From the NCBI GenBank assembly GCA_947165155.1, contig CAMUZI010000004.1:6799-70798 (forward strand): a DNA stretch of 64,000 bases, given 5' to 3'. The translations under genes were made by a program, and so were the position numbers. The notes below the pieces were generated by a model. The model worked only from the letters and a program-made list of their open reading frames with translations, searched no databases and had not been told where the DNA came from. This document shows positions 31,503 through 40,700 of the stretch, piece by piece. How positions within the stretch are numbered: position 1 is the stretch's first letter; every line of letters begins with the position of its first letter. Source of the DNA: an uncultured Clostridia bacterium. Lineage in GTDB: Bacteria > Bacillota > Clostridia > Oscillospirales > Acutalibacteraceae.

Positions 31503-31531
31503 TTGACATTAAGATTTATTTGTATTACAAT
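31503..31531 (+). promoter_or_regulatory. Near-consensus sigma-A-type promoter upstream of the secreted paralog pair
   Basis: TTGACA (31503-31508), exactly 17 nt spacer, TACAAT (31526-31531), about 30 nt upstream of the ATG at 31562. A second candidate (TTGAAA-17-TAGAAT with TG) lies at about 31394-31425. Confidence 0.6.
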
Positions 31532-31561
31532 GGGAATATTAATTTTATGAGGGGATGTTTT

Positions 31562-32701
31562 ATGTCAAATATAAAAAAAAGATTAATATCTGCATTATGT
31601 ACTTTTGTAGTTGGTGCTAGTTCTGATTTGGTAGCGTTGCCACAATTTAATTGTTCGGCTTATACTGGACTTTTTAGTGGTAGTAATTCAAGTGGGAGTT
31701 CAGATAGGGGAAAGAAGAGGCGTTTCGGTGCAAAGCCTGATAGCCCTGTTGTATCTGCCTTTAGACGTTTTGGCCCTTGGGCGACAGCGGCTGTTACTAC
31801 GGCTTTTGCTGGTGATACGATTGCTTTTAAAGGGGGAGAGTATGTTTGTAAAAGATATTTAGTTACGGGTATCTGCTGGTTAAGAAGTCCTGTTTATCGT
31901 GTTTTGTATAAGAAATTTAATCTGTTACAGAAGGCTAATGAGGCTGTAGAGGTCGGGAACAAAGTGTCCCACATTGGGTGTGGTTTAGTAAAAATTAAGG
32001 ATTATTTTTTTGATGAGAAAGCGGGTAAAGTGAAAGACGAAATTAACGTGTTGGATGATTTAAAGTTTGATGAAGATGTTGCAGCTGCACTTTGCCATTT
32101 GTTGGCTATTGGTTATTCTAGCGGTAGTTCGAAAAGCCTAAGAGATGATGATGTGTTGTGTAGGACATTTGAATTGTTCAAAAGAGTTGTAATACCTCTT
32201 AGCACACCGAGAGAGAATTTTTGTTTTGAAATTGATGAGAATGCAAAAGAATATAAGTATGTTAAGAAATCAGTGGAGAATTTGAAGAATAGTGATGATA
32301 TTCGCTGTTTTATACTGGCAAGTGATGCACGTTGGAAAGTAGAGGGGCGTTTTCATGGATATGGTGTGTGTGTATCGTACCCGTTTAATGTTGAGTTAGT
32401 AAAGTATTTTTTTGCTAAAAGTCTTAGTGTTGATGCGGCTGTTATGAATAATGAACCAAAACAGAGTGTGAGGGCCTTTTTAGATAGATTTGATGATACT
32501 AAGAATAAAGATGTGAAAATAGAAGATGGTGATGCAAAAAGTTGTACGTGTTTCCTAAGCGGGGGTGTACTTTATTTGAGTGTTAAAGCAAAAATTGGTA
32601 ATGATAAAGGAATTTTGAAGTTTCAATATAATGTTCCCGATGGAAAAGGTAATGTTGATATAACAAAATTGTTTAATGTCAAATTTATTAAAAATCCGTA
32701 A
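31562..32701 (+). CDS. Secreted protein of unknown function, paralog 1
   Basis: ATG 31562 follows GAGGGGA. Signal-peptide-like MSNIKKRLISALCTFVVGASS..ALPQF. It shares blocks with the next gene (KRLxSALCxF, ALPQF, YRVLxKxFNL, FxLFKRxxxPL, AFxxRFDD, xPDGK). Confidence 0.75.
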   Translation: MSNIKKRLISALCTFVVGASSDLVALPQFNCSAYTGLFSGSNSSGSSDRGKKRRFGAKPDSPVVSAFRRFGPWATAAVTTAFAGDTIAFKGGEYVCKRYLVTGICWLRSPVYRVLYKKFNLLQKANEAVEVGNKVSHIGCGLVKIKDYFFDEKAGKVKDEINVLDDLKFDEDVAAALCHLLAIGYSSGSSKSLRDDDVLCRTFELFKRVVIPLSTPRENFCFEIDENAKEYKYVKKSVENLKNSDDIRCFILASDARWKVEGRFHGYGVCVSYPFNVELVKYFFAKSLSVDAAVMNNEPKQSVRAFLDRFDDTKNKDVKIEDGDAKSCTCFLSGGVLYLSVKAKIGNDKGILKFQYNVPDGKGNVDITKLFNVKFIKNP

Positions 32702-32769
32702 TGATATGATTTGAGATTGAGAATGATGTATGTAACTAATTTTGAATAGGAGGAATTGTTTTGGGTGTT

Positions 32770-33954
32770 ATGAAGAGGTTGGTCTCTGCGCTGTGCGCGT
32801 TTGCAGCTAGCTTTGCTTATGATGTGTCTGCGTTGCCACAGTTTGATTTTTTAGGAATTGCTGAAGGCCTTGTTTCTAAAATCGAAGGTGGTTCGGTGGA
32901 TGTGAAATTAAGACATGCTAAAACGAAATCGGGTAGAGGTACAAAGAGTCCGGGAAAGGGCAAGAAAGGTAAAAGTGGGAAGCAGTTGGGTTCGAGTAAA
33001 AAAGAATTCTTAAGATCGGTTAAATGGAATGATGTACTAAGATTGTGCAAAATGCTGAAGTTCCCGTATTCTGCGTTTGTTTCTATGCTAAAAGAACACG
33101 GTGTTAAACGGGGAGGTTTTGCATTGATTGGGATTGCATTAGAAAAAATTTTGGAGTTCCCATTTAATCAAATTGTTTATCCCAATTATCTTGAGTGGAG
33201 ATATCCAGGATATCGAGTTCTTGCTAAAGCCTTTAATTTAGGTGGAGAAAAGGCAGAGAGTGTTTTGAAAGTCGTCGATAAAGTTGATAGCATCGGTAGA
33301 GGATTTAATAATTTTGTAAAATATTTTGATAAAGATAATCCCCCAAAAAATTTAGGTAATTTTTCGACTTGTTATGATAATGTGGTTTTTATTTGTTATG
33401 TCATGTCCTTGCATTACCAGCAAGGAGGATATAAAGATAAGGACGTAGTTACCAGATTCTATGAGGTGTTGAAAAGATTGGCTGTCCCCCTGAAGGCTAA
33501 GAGAAAAAGTTGTCGTTTTGATAAAGAGGCGGAGAAATCTACAGAGAATGATATGACTGATATTAATCACTATCTAAAGAAAAAGGATGAAAATCCTTGG
33601 TATGAATTTGGCTTTTTGGGATATGATGAGCCTGTAGATCAATTCTGCAACATTAGTATGCTAGAGGAATGGTTGGCTAGTGCCTTTACAGCGAATAGTG
33701 AAGATAGTAAAGCTTTTAGAAAGAGATTTGATGATTTAAATGACGACGGAACGGCAAAAGCTGTGGGGATTACAAAGACTGATAATAAAAGTTGGGTTAT
33801 TAGATGTGATGGCGGTAAGCTTAATTTTGAATCCACGAAGGCTAAGGTGGCTGACGTGGCAGGGACGTCGAATGTTACTTTTACTATCCCTGATGGTAAG
33901 GATAAGATTAGCGGAAACGATTTACTTGAGGTTGCATTTAAAAAGGATGGTTAG
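32770..33954 (+). CDS. Secreted protein of unknown function, paralog 2
   Basis: ATG 32770 follows AGGAGG. N-terminus MKRLVSALCAFAASFAYDVSALPQF, then a K/G-rich stretch (KTKSGRGTKSPGKGKKGKSGKQ). It shares blocks with 31562..32701. Confidence 0.75.
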   Translation: MKRLVSALCAFAASFAYDVSALPQFDFLGIAEGLVSKIEGGSVDVKLRHAKTKSGRGTKSPGKGKKGKSGKQLGSSKKEFLRSVKWNDVLRLCKMLKFPYSAFVSMLKEHGVKRGGFALIGIALEKILEFPFNQIVYPNYLEWRYPGYRVLAKAFNLGGEKAESVLKVVDKVDSIGRGFNNFVKYFDKDNPPKNLGNFSTCYDNVVFICYVMSLHYQQGGYKDKDVVTRFYEVLKRLAVPLKAKRKSCRFDKEAEKSTENDMTDINHYLKKKDENPWYEFGFLGYDEPVDQFCNISMLEEWLASAFTANSEDSKAFRKRFDDLNDDGTAKAVGITKTDNKSWVIRCDGGKLNFESTKAKVADVAGTSNVTFTIPDGKDKISGNDLLEVAFKKDG

Positions 33955-33963
33955 AGGTAGATT

Positions 33964-34761
33964 TTGGATTTGGGGCAAAATTTTTTAGTTGATTCCGGTT
34001 TGATCGTGAAAAGAATTTCTGGTCTTTTACATTCAGATTTTAAAAGGTGTGTTTTGGAGATAGGAACCGGGCATGGGGAGTTGACTTCTGAACTGGTGAA
34101 TATCTCCGATGTTGTGGTTAGTGTAGAGGTAGATTGTGAGCTTTATGAATACTCGAAAAATCGATTTAAATCTTTTGATAATTTGGAAATAATAAACGAT
34201 GATTTTATGAAATTGGATTTAGATCGTCTGATTGATGAGAAGTTTGGCGGTAGTGAGGCTGCAGTTTGTGCGAATATTCCCTATTACATAACCTCGCCAA
34301 TAGTTATGCGCCTGTTGGAAAGTGAACGGTTTTCCTTGATTGTCCTCATGATGCAAAAAGAAGCTGCAGAGCGTATTGTTTGTAGGCCGGGAAATAAAAA
34401 TTGTGGTGCGATAAGTGTGGCGGTTAGATATTACTCGGAGCCAAAATATGAATTTGATGTCTCTAGAAATTATTTTAGTCCGCGTCCAAAGGTTGATTCT
34501 GCCGTCGTGACATTTAAACCTTTCAAACGAAACGATGTCTTGGACAAAAAGAAGTTTTTTAGAATTGTTCGTTCGGCGTTCGAAAAAAGGCGTAAAAATA
34601 TCTTGAATTCTATATCTTCTGGGCTTGGAATAAAAAAAGATAGTTTAAATTGTATTTTAAATTATTTAAAAATAGATAAAAATAAAAGAGCAGAAAATTT
34701 GTCGTTTCAGAATTTTGTCGATATTTCAAATTTAATGAGTGAAAAAAAGTTTTTAAATTAA
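33964..34761 (+). CDS. rsmA: 16S rRNA dimethyladenosine transferase RsmA/KsgA (short N-terminus)
   Basis: LGQNFLVD lies almost at the N-terminus, followed by EIGTGHGELT and NIPYYITSPI. A stop 2 codons upstream of TTG 33964 limits the N-terminus. Confidence 0.88.
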   Translation: MDLGQNFLVDSGLIVKRISGLLHSDFKRCVLEIGTGHGELTSELVNISDVVVSVEVDCELYEYSKNRFKSFDNLEIINDDFMKLDLDRLIDEKFGGSEAAVCANIPYYITSPIVMRLLESERFSLIVLMMQKEAAERIVCRPGNKNCGAISVAVRYYSEPKYEFDVSRNYFSPRPKVDSAVVTFKPFKRNDVLDKKKFFRIVRSAFEKRRKNILNSISSGLGIKKDSLNCILNYLKIDKNKRAENLSFQNFVDISNLMSEKKFLN

Positions 34762-34809
34762 AAACCTCTTAGGACGCGTCTTAATATAATGTGGTCAGGA
34801 GGTATTTTC

Positions 34810-35859
34810 ATGTGCTACAATACATTTCACTTTTTTTTAGCTTCTAATTCTCCGCGCGGATTTTATTCTAAAATGGATCAACTAACTAAAAAAACCAAAT
34901 GTAACGTAATAAAAGGAGGACCTGGTTGTGGTAAATCAACATTTATGACGAAAATTTTTAATCATATGTACAATAAAACTGATATCGAGCTGATTCATTG
35001 TTCGTCTGATCCGAATTCACTTGATGCTGTAATTCTCAAAAACAAGAATATCTGTTTTGTGGATGGTACGTCTCCACATGTTCTTGACCCTGATTTCCCT
35101 GGCATATCTGGAAACATAATTGATTTGTGTAAATTTAAAGATTTCAGCCATAAATATGAAATACAAATTCGGGATTTGAACAATCAATATAAAAAAATGC
35201 AATATAGATCGCAGAAATATTTGATGTCATTTGGCGCAATTTTTAGCGATACTCTGGAAGATGTGATAGAAAAAATAAATTTTGAAAAAATCGAAAAATT
35301 AGCATTAAGTATAGAAAAGAAGATTTTTAATCGTAAGCTACCTAAAAAGTCAAATGAACAAACAAGATTTTTAAGATCGATCGGTCCGGAAGGAATATCT
35401 GAATTTTTAGTTAATTTTAAAAATCTCAACAAAGTATATGAAATAAACGATGATTTTTTCATAGTTACAGATATTTTATTAAATCATATTAAGAAAAATG
35501 CATTAAAATACGGATACGATATTATATCTTGTGTAAGTCCGCTAACCCTAAATGAAAGACTCGAAGCTCTAATGATTCCTGAATTGAAAGTTGGATTTTT
35601 CCTTTCGAACAATTTTGAAGTTAATAATTCTAAACTAAAAACTAAAAAAATAGATATATTAGATTGTTACGAGTCTCAAGTTATACAATCTAAATATAAT
35701 TTGAAAATGGAAAAGTCGTTAATTCAAGAATCCATCAAATGTATGAAAATGGCAAAAAAAATACATGATAAAATGGAGAAAATATATAAAGACATAGTGG
35801 ATTTTGATTCTATAAACCAGCTCACTAACAGTTTTATCAATAAACTAGACAAAATTTAA
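34810..35859 (+). CDS. P-loop ATPase of unknown function
   Basis: Walker A GGPGCGKST near the N-terminus and a Walker-B-like ICFVDG. ATG 34810 follows CAGGAGG. Confidence 0.6.
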   Translation: MCYNTFHFFLASNSPRGFYSKMDQLTKKTKCNVIKGGPGCGKSTFMTKIFNHMYNKTDIELIHCSSDPNSLDAVILKNKNICFVDGTSPHVLDPDFPGISGNIIDLCKFKDFSHKYEIQIRDLNNQYKKMQYRSQKYLMSFGAIFSDTLEDVIEKINFEKIEKLALSIEKKIFNRKLPKKSNEQTRFLRSIGPEGISEFLVNFKNLNKVYEINDDFFIVTDILLNHIKKNALKYGYDIISCVSPLTLNERLEALMIPELKVGFFLSNNFEVNNSKLKTKKIDILDCYESQVIQSKYNLKMEKSLIQESIKCMKMAKKIHDKMEKIYKDIVDFDSINQLTNSFINKLDKI

Positions 35860-35867
35860 TTTTTATG

Positions 35868-36542
35868 TTATTTGCACAAAGAAAGCATAGCTAAGTTAAC
35901 ACTCACATTGCATTGAATTAAATCAATGCACTTGTTGATGCGCTCAAAAATTTGTAAAAATGAATTCGAAAATGAATCGTCTGCAACTTTAACAAGGTTC
36001 ATTTTAGATGTTTCAAGAAACTCCTTAAATTTTTCTCTGCTACTCGAAAACAAATTGGAGATTCTTAAAATTTCTAGATCATCACCATTGATTAGCGCCT
36101 CAACAAACGAATTTTGGTCATCTGAAATTTTATCCTTTGATTCTCTATTAATTCTTATGAGCTGCGCACGTGATCTTATTGTCTGCAAAAGTTTTTTTGC
36201 GTTATCGCAAAGAAGGAGAAAATAAACATAATTTGGGGGTTCTTCAATTGTTTTGAGAAGCGCATTTTGTGCTTGTTCTGTCATTTTATGCGCATCTTTT
36301 ATTATGTAAATTTTATATTTACATTCTACAGGCTTTAAGATTACGTCTTTATTTATTGTCCTAATTTCATCTACACCAATAGAACTCTTTTTGTCAATTT
36401 CAAGAGATACCACATCACTGCATATTCCTTTTTTTATTTTATTTTTGAACTCAGAGCCAAGAATTTCGATACATATTTTTATGGATTCTAAATTAACATC
36501 TTTTTTATTTCCTTCAATTATAGAACAATGAAATCTTTTCAT
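35868..36542 (-). CDS. holB: DNA polymerase III delta-prime subunit (degenerate P-loop)
   Basis: KIYIIKDAHKMTEQAQNALLKTIEEPP and TIRSRAQ motifs. The N-terminal P-loop position reads GNKKDV. Confidence 0.8.
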   Translation of the reverse strand: MKRFHCSIIEGNKKDVNLESIKICIEILGSEFKNKIKKGICSDVVSLEIDKKSSIGVDEIRTINKDVILKPVECKYKIYIIKDAHKMTEQAQNALLKTIEEPPNYVYFLLLCDNAKKLLQTIRSRAQLIRINRESKDKISDDQNSFVEALINGDDLEILRISNLFSSSREKFKEFLETSKMNLVKVADDSFSNSFLQIFERINKCIDLIQCNVSVNLAMLSLCK

Positions 36543-36557
36543 AAAACTCCAACTTTT

Positions 36558-37082
36558 TTAAACTTCTAGGTATGATCTTACAAACTTAAACTTTTTCAAA
36601 TCAATAAAACGTGAAACTAGAACAACAGATAAAATACTTGATAGATTAAATGGTATGATACAAGTAAATATCAGGTTAAACAAGTTCAAATTCTCTAGAT
36701 TGGTACTTGTCTTCCAAAAAATGTAAGAAATCGGTATTTTGAGGATTAGATATGCAGATATGCCAATCAAATCAAATAAAATCATTTTCTTTATTTTTTC
36801 ATCTTTCTTTTTTCTGAATATCATATAAAAAATGACAGGAAGTCTATTCATGAACCCTAAAACTCCTGCCTTGCTGAAGAACACTGTTTTGATGATGTTA
36901 TAGCATAGCACACACTCGGTACCGTACCTAAACCCGTAAAGATCATGTATTACCAGAATGGGTATCACATATAATCCAACTTGAATTCCGCCGAAGTTGA
37001 TATATCGCTCCAATATGCCTATCCAAAACGATAGTGAGATTGCAAACGCTTGAATAACTACTCTTCTTGTTCTGCTTCCCAT
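36558..37082 (-). CDS. Polytopic membrane protein, unknown function
   Basis: About five hydrophobic helices. ATG 37082 follows GAGGTGATAGGA. No family motif recognised with certainty. Confidence 0.5.
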   Translation of the reverse strand: MGSRTRRVVIQAFAISLSFWIGILERYINFGGIQVGLYVIPILVIHDLYGFRYGTECVLCYNIIKTVFFSKAGVLGFMNRLPVIFYMIFRKKKDEKIKKMILFDLIGISAYLILKIPISYIFWKTSTNLENLNLFNLIFTCIIPFNLSSILSVVLVSRFIDLKKFKFVRSYLEV

Positions 37083-37222
37083 TCCTATCACCTCACGCAT
37101 ATTTTTCATACAATTTCGAGAGATCAACTATCTAAATTATTTAATTTTTTTAATTCTAACAACACTTCTACATACGGAATATCTTACAATGTTATTTCTT
37201 GTCTACACTTTATAAGTATCCT

Positions 37223-37927
37223 CTAAATTTTTTTCTTACTATTTTGAGAAATTAATTTTTCTATTGCAGATTTTGCAGCCAATTGTTCTGCCTCTTTTTT
37301 ACTCCTAGCAACTCCCTGACCATAAGGGATACCCTCCAATTCTATTTGAACGGTAAAAGTCTTTGCATGATCTGGTCCATAAGAATCTATTACAGAATAA
37401 TTTATCTCATTTTTGTGTATTGATTGCAGAAATTCTTGAATCTCTGTTTTGTAATCGTGTATCATTTCTTGTGCGTCATTTATCCCCGAAGATATAAACT
37501 TAAGAACAAATTTTTTAGCAACTTCCATTCCTCCATCTAAGAACAGCGAAGCAACAACAGATTCGAATGCATCTGCTAAAATGGATGGCCGACATCTTCC
37601 GCCAGTTCTTTCTTCTCCATGACTCAGACGCAGAAAATCTCCAATTTTGAGTTCATTAGCAAAATTTTTAAGCGTTTTTTCGCACACCAAAGAGGCTCTA
37701 ATACGAGTTAACTTTCCTTCGTGAAGATCTCTAAATCTGTCAAATATATATTCAGAAGTTATTAGCCCCAAAACAGAATCTCCTAAAAACTCTAGTCTTT
37801 CGTAGCTTTCACAATTCTTATTCGAACATTCGTTGGCATAAGAAGAATGCGTAAGAGCTGTAATTAGCAACCCTTTATCTTTGAACTTATAATTCAGATT
37901 TTTTTCAAAATTTTCAATACTATTCAT
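37223..37927 (-). CDS. rnc: Ribonuclease III
   Basis: ERLEFLGDSVLG signature, and a dsRBD with KTFTVQIELEG..GQGVARSKKEAEQLAAKSA. The start is taken at ATG 37927 (MNSIENFEKNLNYKF). The longer TTG 38008 start would add a hydrophobic extension overlapping engB. Confidence 0.9.
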   Translation of the reverse strand: MNSIENFEKNLNYKFKDKGLLITALTHSSYANECSNKNCESYERLEFLGDSVLGLITSEYIFDRFRDLHEGKLTRIRASLVCEKTLKNFANELKIGDFLRLSHGEERTGGRCRPSILADAFESVVASLFLDGGMEVAKKFVLKFISSGINDAQEMIHDYKTEIQEFLQSIHKNEINYSVIDSYGPDHAKTFTVQIELEGIPYGQGVARSKKEAEQLAAKSAIEKLISQNSKKKI

Positions 37928-37937
37928 AGGAGTAATA

Positions 37938-38531
37938 ATGAGTGAACTCGACGTTTTTTTAGAAAAGAGCATCGGAAACATAAACCAAATTCCCAAAAAA
38001 ACGAGCAAAGAAATAGTCCTTTCTGGAAAATCAAATGTAGGAAAATCTTCCCTTATAAATTCGATTATATCAAAAAAAATTGCTTATACAAGTAAGAATG
38101 CTGGAAAAACTGTTTTAATTAATTTTTATTCAGGAAAAAACTTTAAAATTGTTGATGTTCCCGGATATGGATTCAGCAGACGTTCCGAACAAGAGAAAGA
38201 GCGATTTAATAAATTAACTGATGATTATTTTCATTTAAAAAGATGTGATTTAGTTTTTCATCTAATAGATTCAAGAAATGATCTGCAAGAAAACGACGCA
38301 CAAATGATTGATTTTTTATCAGTTAACGATATAAAATTTTTCGTACTTCTCACTAAAGTAGATAAAATGTCCAATACGAAATGCGAGCAATGTATTGCCC
38401 GATTAAAATCCCAAATTGACGAAATTTCAAATAATTATGAAGAGATAATTCCAGTATCTTCAAAAGCAGGTGTAAATATCAAAAAAATAAGGGGGATAAT
38501 GCTTTCTGTTGCACGTGGGAAAAAAATATGA
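37938..38531 (+). CDS. engB: Ribosome-biogenesis GTPase EngB/YsxC
   Basis: GKSNVGKSSLINS (G1), DVPGYG (G3) and LTKVDK (G4). ATG follows AGGAG. Confidence 0.9.
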   Translation: MSELDVFLEKSIGNINQIPKKTSKEIVLSGKSNVGKSSLINSIISKKIAYTSKNAGKTVLINFYSGKNFKIVDVPGYGFSRRSEQEKERFNKLTDDYFHLKRCDLVFHLIDSRNDLQENDAQMIDFLSVNDIKFFVLLTKVDKMSNTKCEQCIARLKSQIDEISNNYEEIIPVSSKAGVNIKKIRGIMLSVARGKKI

Positions 38532-38543
38532 CTTAGTTGTCTC

Positions 38544-38785
38544 GGCATTGCAAAAATTAGGATATAAGCGGTGAGAAAAAGATATGGAAGACGAAATAAA
38601 AATCTCCCAAGTGTGGACAATCAAAAAAAGTGAATTTCACACGGGAAAGCAAAAATGCATTATTTTGCTTGCTTTGCTGGTGAAGCTATTGTTGGTCCAA
38701 AAGTTTAATTATGATTGATAATTTCGTCCTTCTGTTTTTGTACCGTAAATTTATTCCTTATGTGTCATTTTCTAGTGTTGCTATT
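38544..38785 (+). mobile_element. Heavily deleted IS1-family relic
   Basis: It starts with GGCATTGCAAAAATTAGGATATAAG, the same left end as the copy at 59627. It keeps short stretches of the zinc-finger region (..CGQSKKVNFTRESK..) and the C-terminal LFLYRKFIPYV-like tail. The right boundary is approximate. Confidence 0.55.
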
Positions 38786-38880
38786 TTCTATTTGCTTTTT
38801 GAAGTTTTTACCTTTAATAATGTTTGTTTGATGGGAAAAACAAATAGTTTAGAAAAATATTGATAATATAATATGAACTG

Positions 38881-38905
38881 TTGACAGATAAAATAATGTT
38901 ATAAT
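38881..38905 (+). promoter_or_regulatory. Extended -10 promoter candidate for the RING-finger gene
   Basis: TGTTATAAT (TGnTATAAT) at 38897-38905. TTGACA at 38881-38886 is only 13 nt away, so the extended -10 would have to carry the promoter. Confidence 0.45.
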
Positions 38906-38952
38906 CGTGTCAGGGCGGTTGGGTAATTTTATTAATTTTAAGGAGTAACAAT

Positions 38953-39576
38953 ATGCTTGATTTAAAAAAAATTGCAGCTTTCTTAGTTGTGAATATACTA
39001 AGCTTCGTTAATGTTAGAGCTGAATTGGGTGACTATTTGGTTAAATTTGGCGTGAATGGTGGTGATAGGTGTAGTTTTTGCGGAATAGATTTTGCACATG
39101 CTTCATATAAAGCTTGTCATGAAGAAATTTACTTTCCAGACGGTAGTCGCGAAGAAATTGAAAAAGATTCTTATGTACTTTACAGAAACTTTGGTAATTT
39201 TTGTTTTATTGACCTTAGTGATTCTAAATTTCTTGAAAGTGAGTCGTTAGAAAGTGCCAAAGGCGAATTGTTTTGTCGTCAGTGTATGATTAAGCACTTG
39301 AAAGAATTAAGTGGTAAAGCGGGATTTCGATTGCGCGAATTTAAAAGTCGTGGTTGTTTTGCTATCCATAACGATGGAACGTGTTCAGTGTGTCTAGGAA
39401 AATTTGCTAGAGGGGCGATGTTTCCCCAATGCAGAAATGGGCACGTTTTTCACTTTGGGTGTTTAAAATCTAGCCTTAGCTATGTTAACGAATTATGCCC
39501 TACTTGTAGGACGCCATTGAATACTTGGGATTTTATCCCTAATGTTAAATTTATTAATCAATGGGATATTGATTAA
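38953..39576 (+). CDS. Signal-peptide protein with C-terminal RING-H2 zinc finger (E3-ligase-like)
   Basis: AAGGAG RBS. N-terminus MLDLKKIAAFLVVNILSFVNVRA/ELG. Residues 144-185 read CSVC-x12-C-RNG-H-VF-H-FG-C-x11-CPTC-R and fit the RING-H2 spacing rules exactly. Confidence 0.8.
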   Translation: MLDLKKIAAFLVVNILSFVNVRAELGDYLVKFGVNGGDRCSFCGIDFAHASYKACHEEIYFPDGSREEIEKDSYVLYRNFGNFCFIDLSDSKFLESESLESAKGELFCRQCMIKHLKELSGKAGFRLREFKSRGCFAIHNDGTCSVCLGKFARGAMFPQCRNGHVFHFGCLKSSLSYVNELCPTCRTPLNTWDFIPNVKFINQWDID

Positions 39577-39686
39577 ATTCAAGTTCAACCACCCTATTTT
39601 TTTTACTCATTTTCTGTAATTTCCCAAATTCGAATAATATTTTTCTTTCTAGGTAAAATATAAGAAACAAAAGATTAGGGGAAAAA

Positions 39687-40700
39687 ATGTCGGTAAGAAT
39701 TGGAAAGAAAACAATTGAACTTCAAAATAGGGTAGTAATCAAAGGTTTTGGTTCGGTTTGTGGCGCAAAAGAATCAAAAGGTCCATTGAAAGATTTTTTT
39801 GACATTTCTTATGATGATAACAAATTCGGAAAAGAAACTTGGGAAGAAGCAGAAGGCGTATTGCAAGAAAAAGCAGTGAATATAGCAATAGAAAAATCGA
39901 AAGTTGATAAAAAAGAAATAGATTTTATACTCGCAGGAGATTTGTTAGACCAATGTGTATCTTCTATGCTTGGAGTTAAAAAATTAAAAATTCCATTTTT
40001 AGGGCAATTCGGTGCATGTTCAACTATGGCACAAACAATTCTGGTCTCATCATTGCTAGTAGAATCGAAAGCGGCAAGAAATGCCATAGCAGTAACATCC
40101 TCTCATTTTTGTTCAGCTGAAAGACAGTATAGGTTTCCATTAGATTATGGAGGGCAAAGAACTCCAAATGCACAGTGGACGGTTACGGGATCTGGCGCGG
40201 TTTTATTAGGTGAGGGTGAAAAAATCGAATCGCCATATATAAAGAGAGTAATGGCAGGAACTATAGAAGATTTTGGAGTAACAGATTCTTCAAACATGGG
40301 AGCAGCTATGGCACCATCTGCGGCTTCAACGTTAAAATATTTTTTTAAAGATACACAAACAACTCCAAAAGATTATGATCTTATAGTAACAGGGGATTTA
40401 GGAGAAATAGGATCGAAATTATTAGTAGAACTCTTAGAAAAAGAGAAAATAAATATGGGTGGTAACTACAATGATTGCGGTCTCATGATATACTACAAAG
40501 AGGAGCAGGATGTTCATGCTGGGGGTTCAGGGTGTGGATGTTCGGCCTCGGTTTTGTGTTCGTGCATACTAAAAAAAATGAAAAAGAAAGAATTGAACAA
40601 TATTTTATTTATTGCAACCGGCGCTCTTATGTCTCCGACATCATTTCAACAAGGGAAATCAATACCAGGGATTGCACACTTAATACAGATATGTAACTAA
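39687..40700 (+). CDS. spoVAD: Stage V sporulation protein AD (thiolase-fold)
   Basis: 337 aa starting ..IGKKTIELQNRVVIKGFGSVCGAKESKGPL..FD, with GDLLDQCVSS, QFGACST and GGSGCGCSA, matching SpoVAD as I recall it. Confidence 0.8.
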   Translation: MSVRIGKKTIELQNRVVIKGFGSVCGAKESKGPLKDFFDISYDDNKFGKETWEEAEGVLQEKAVNIAIEKSKVDKKEIDFILAGDLLDQCVSSMLGVKKLKIPFLGQFGACSTMAQTILVSSLLVESKAARNAIAVTSSHFCSAERQYRFPLDYGGQRTPNAQWTVTGSGAVLLGEGEKIESPYIKRVMAGTIEDFGVTDSSNMGAAMAPSAASTLKYFFKDTQTTPKDYDLIVTGDLGEIGSKLLVELLEKEKINMGGNYNDCGLMIYYKEEQDVHAGGSGCGCSASVLCSCILKKMKKKELNNILFIATGALMSPTSFQQGKSIPGIAHLIQICN

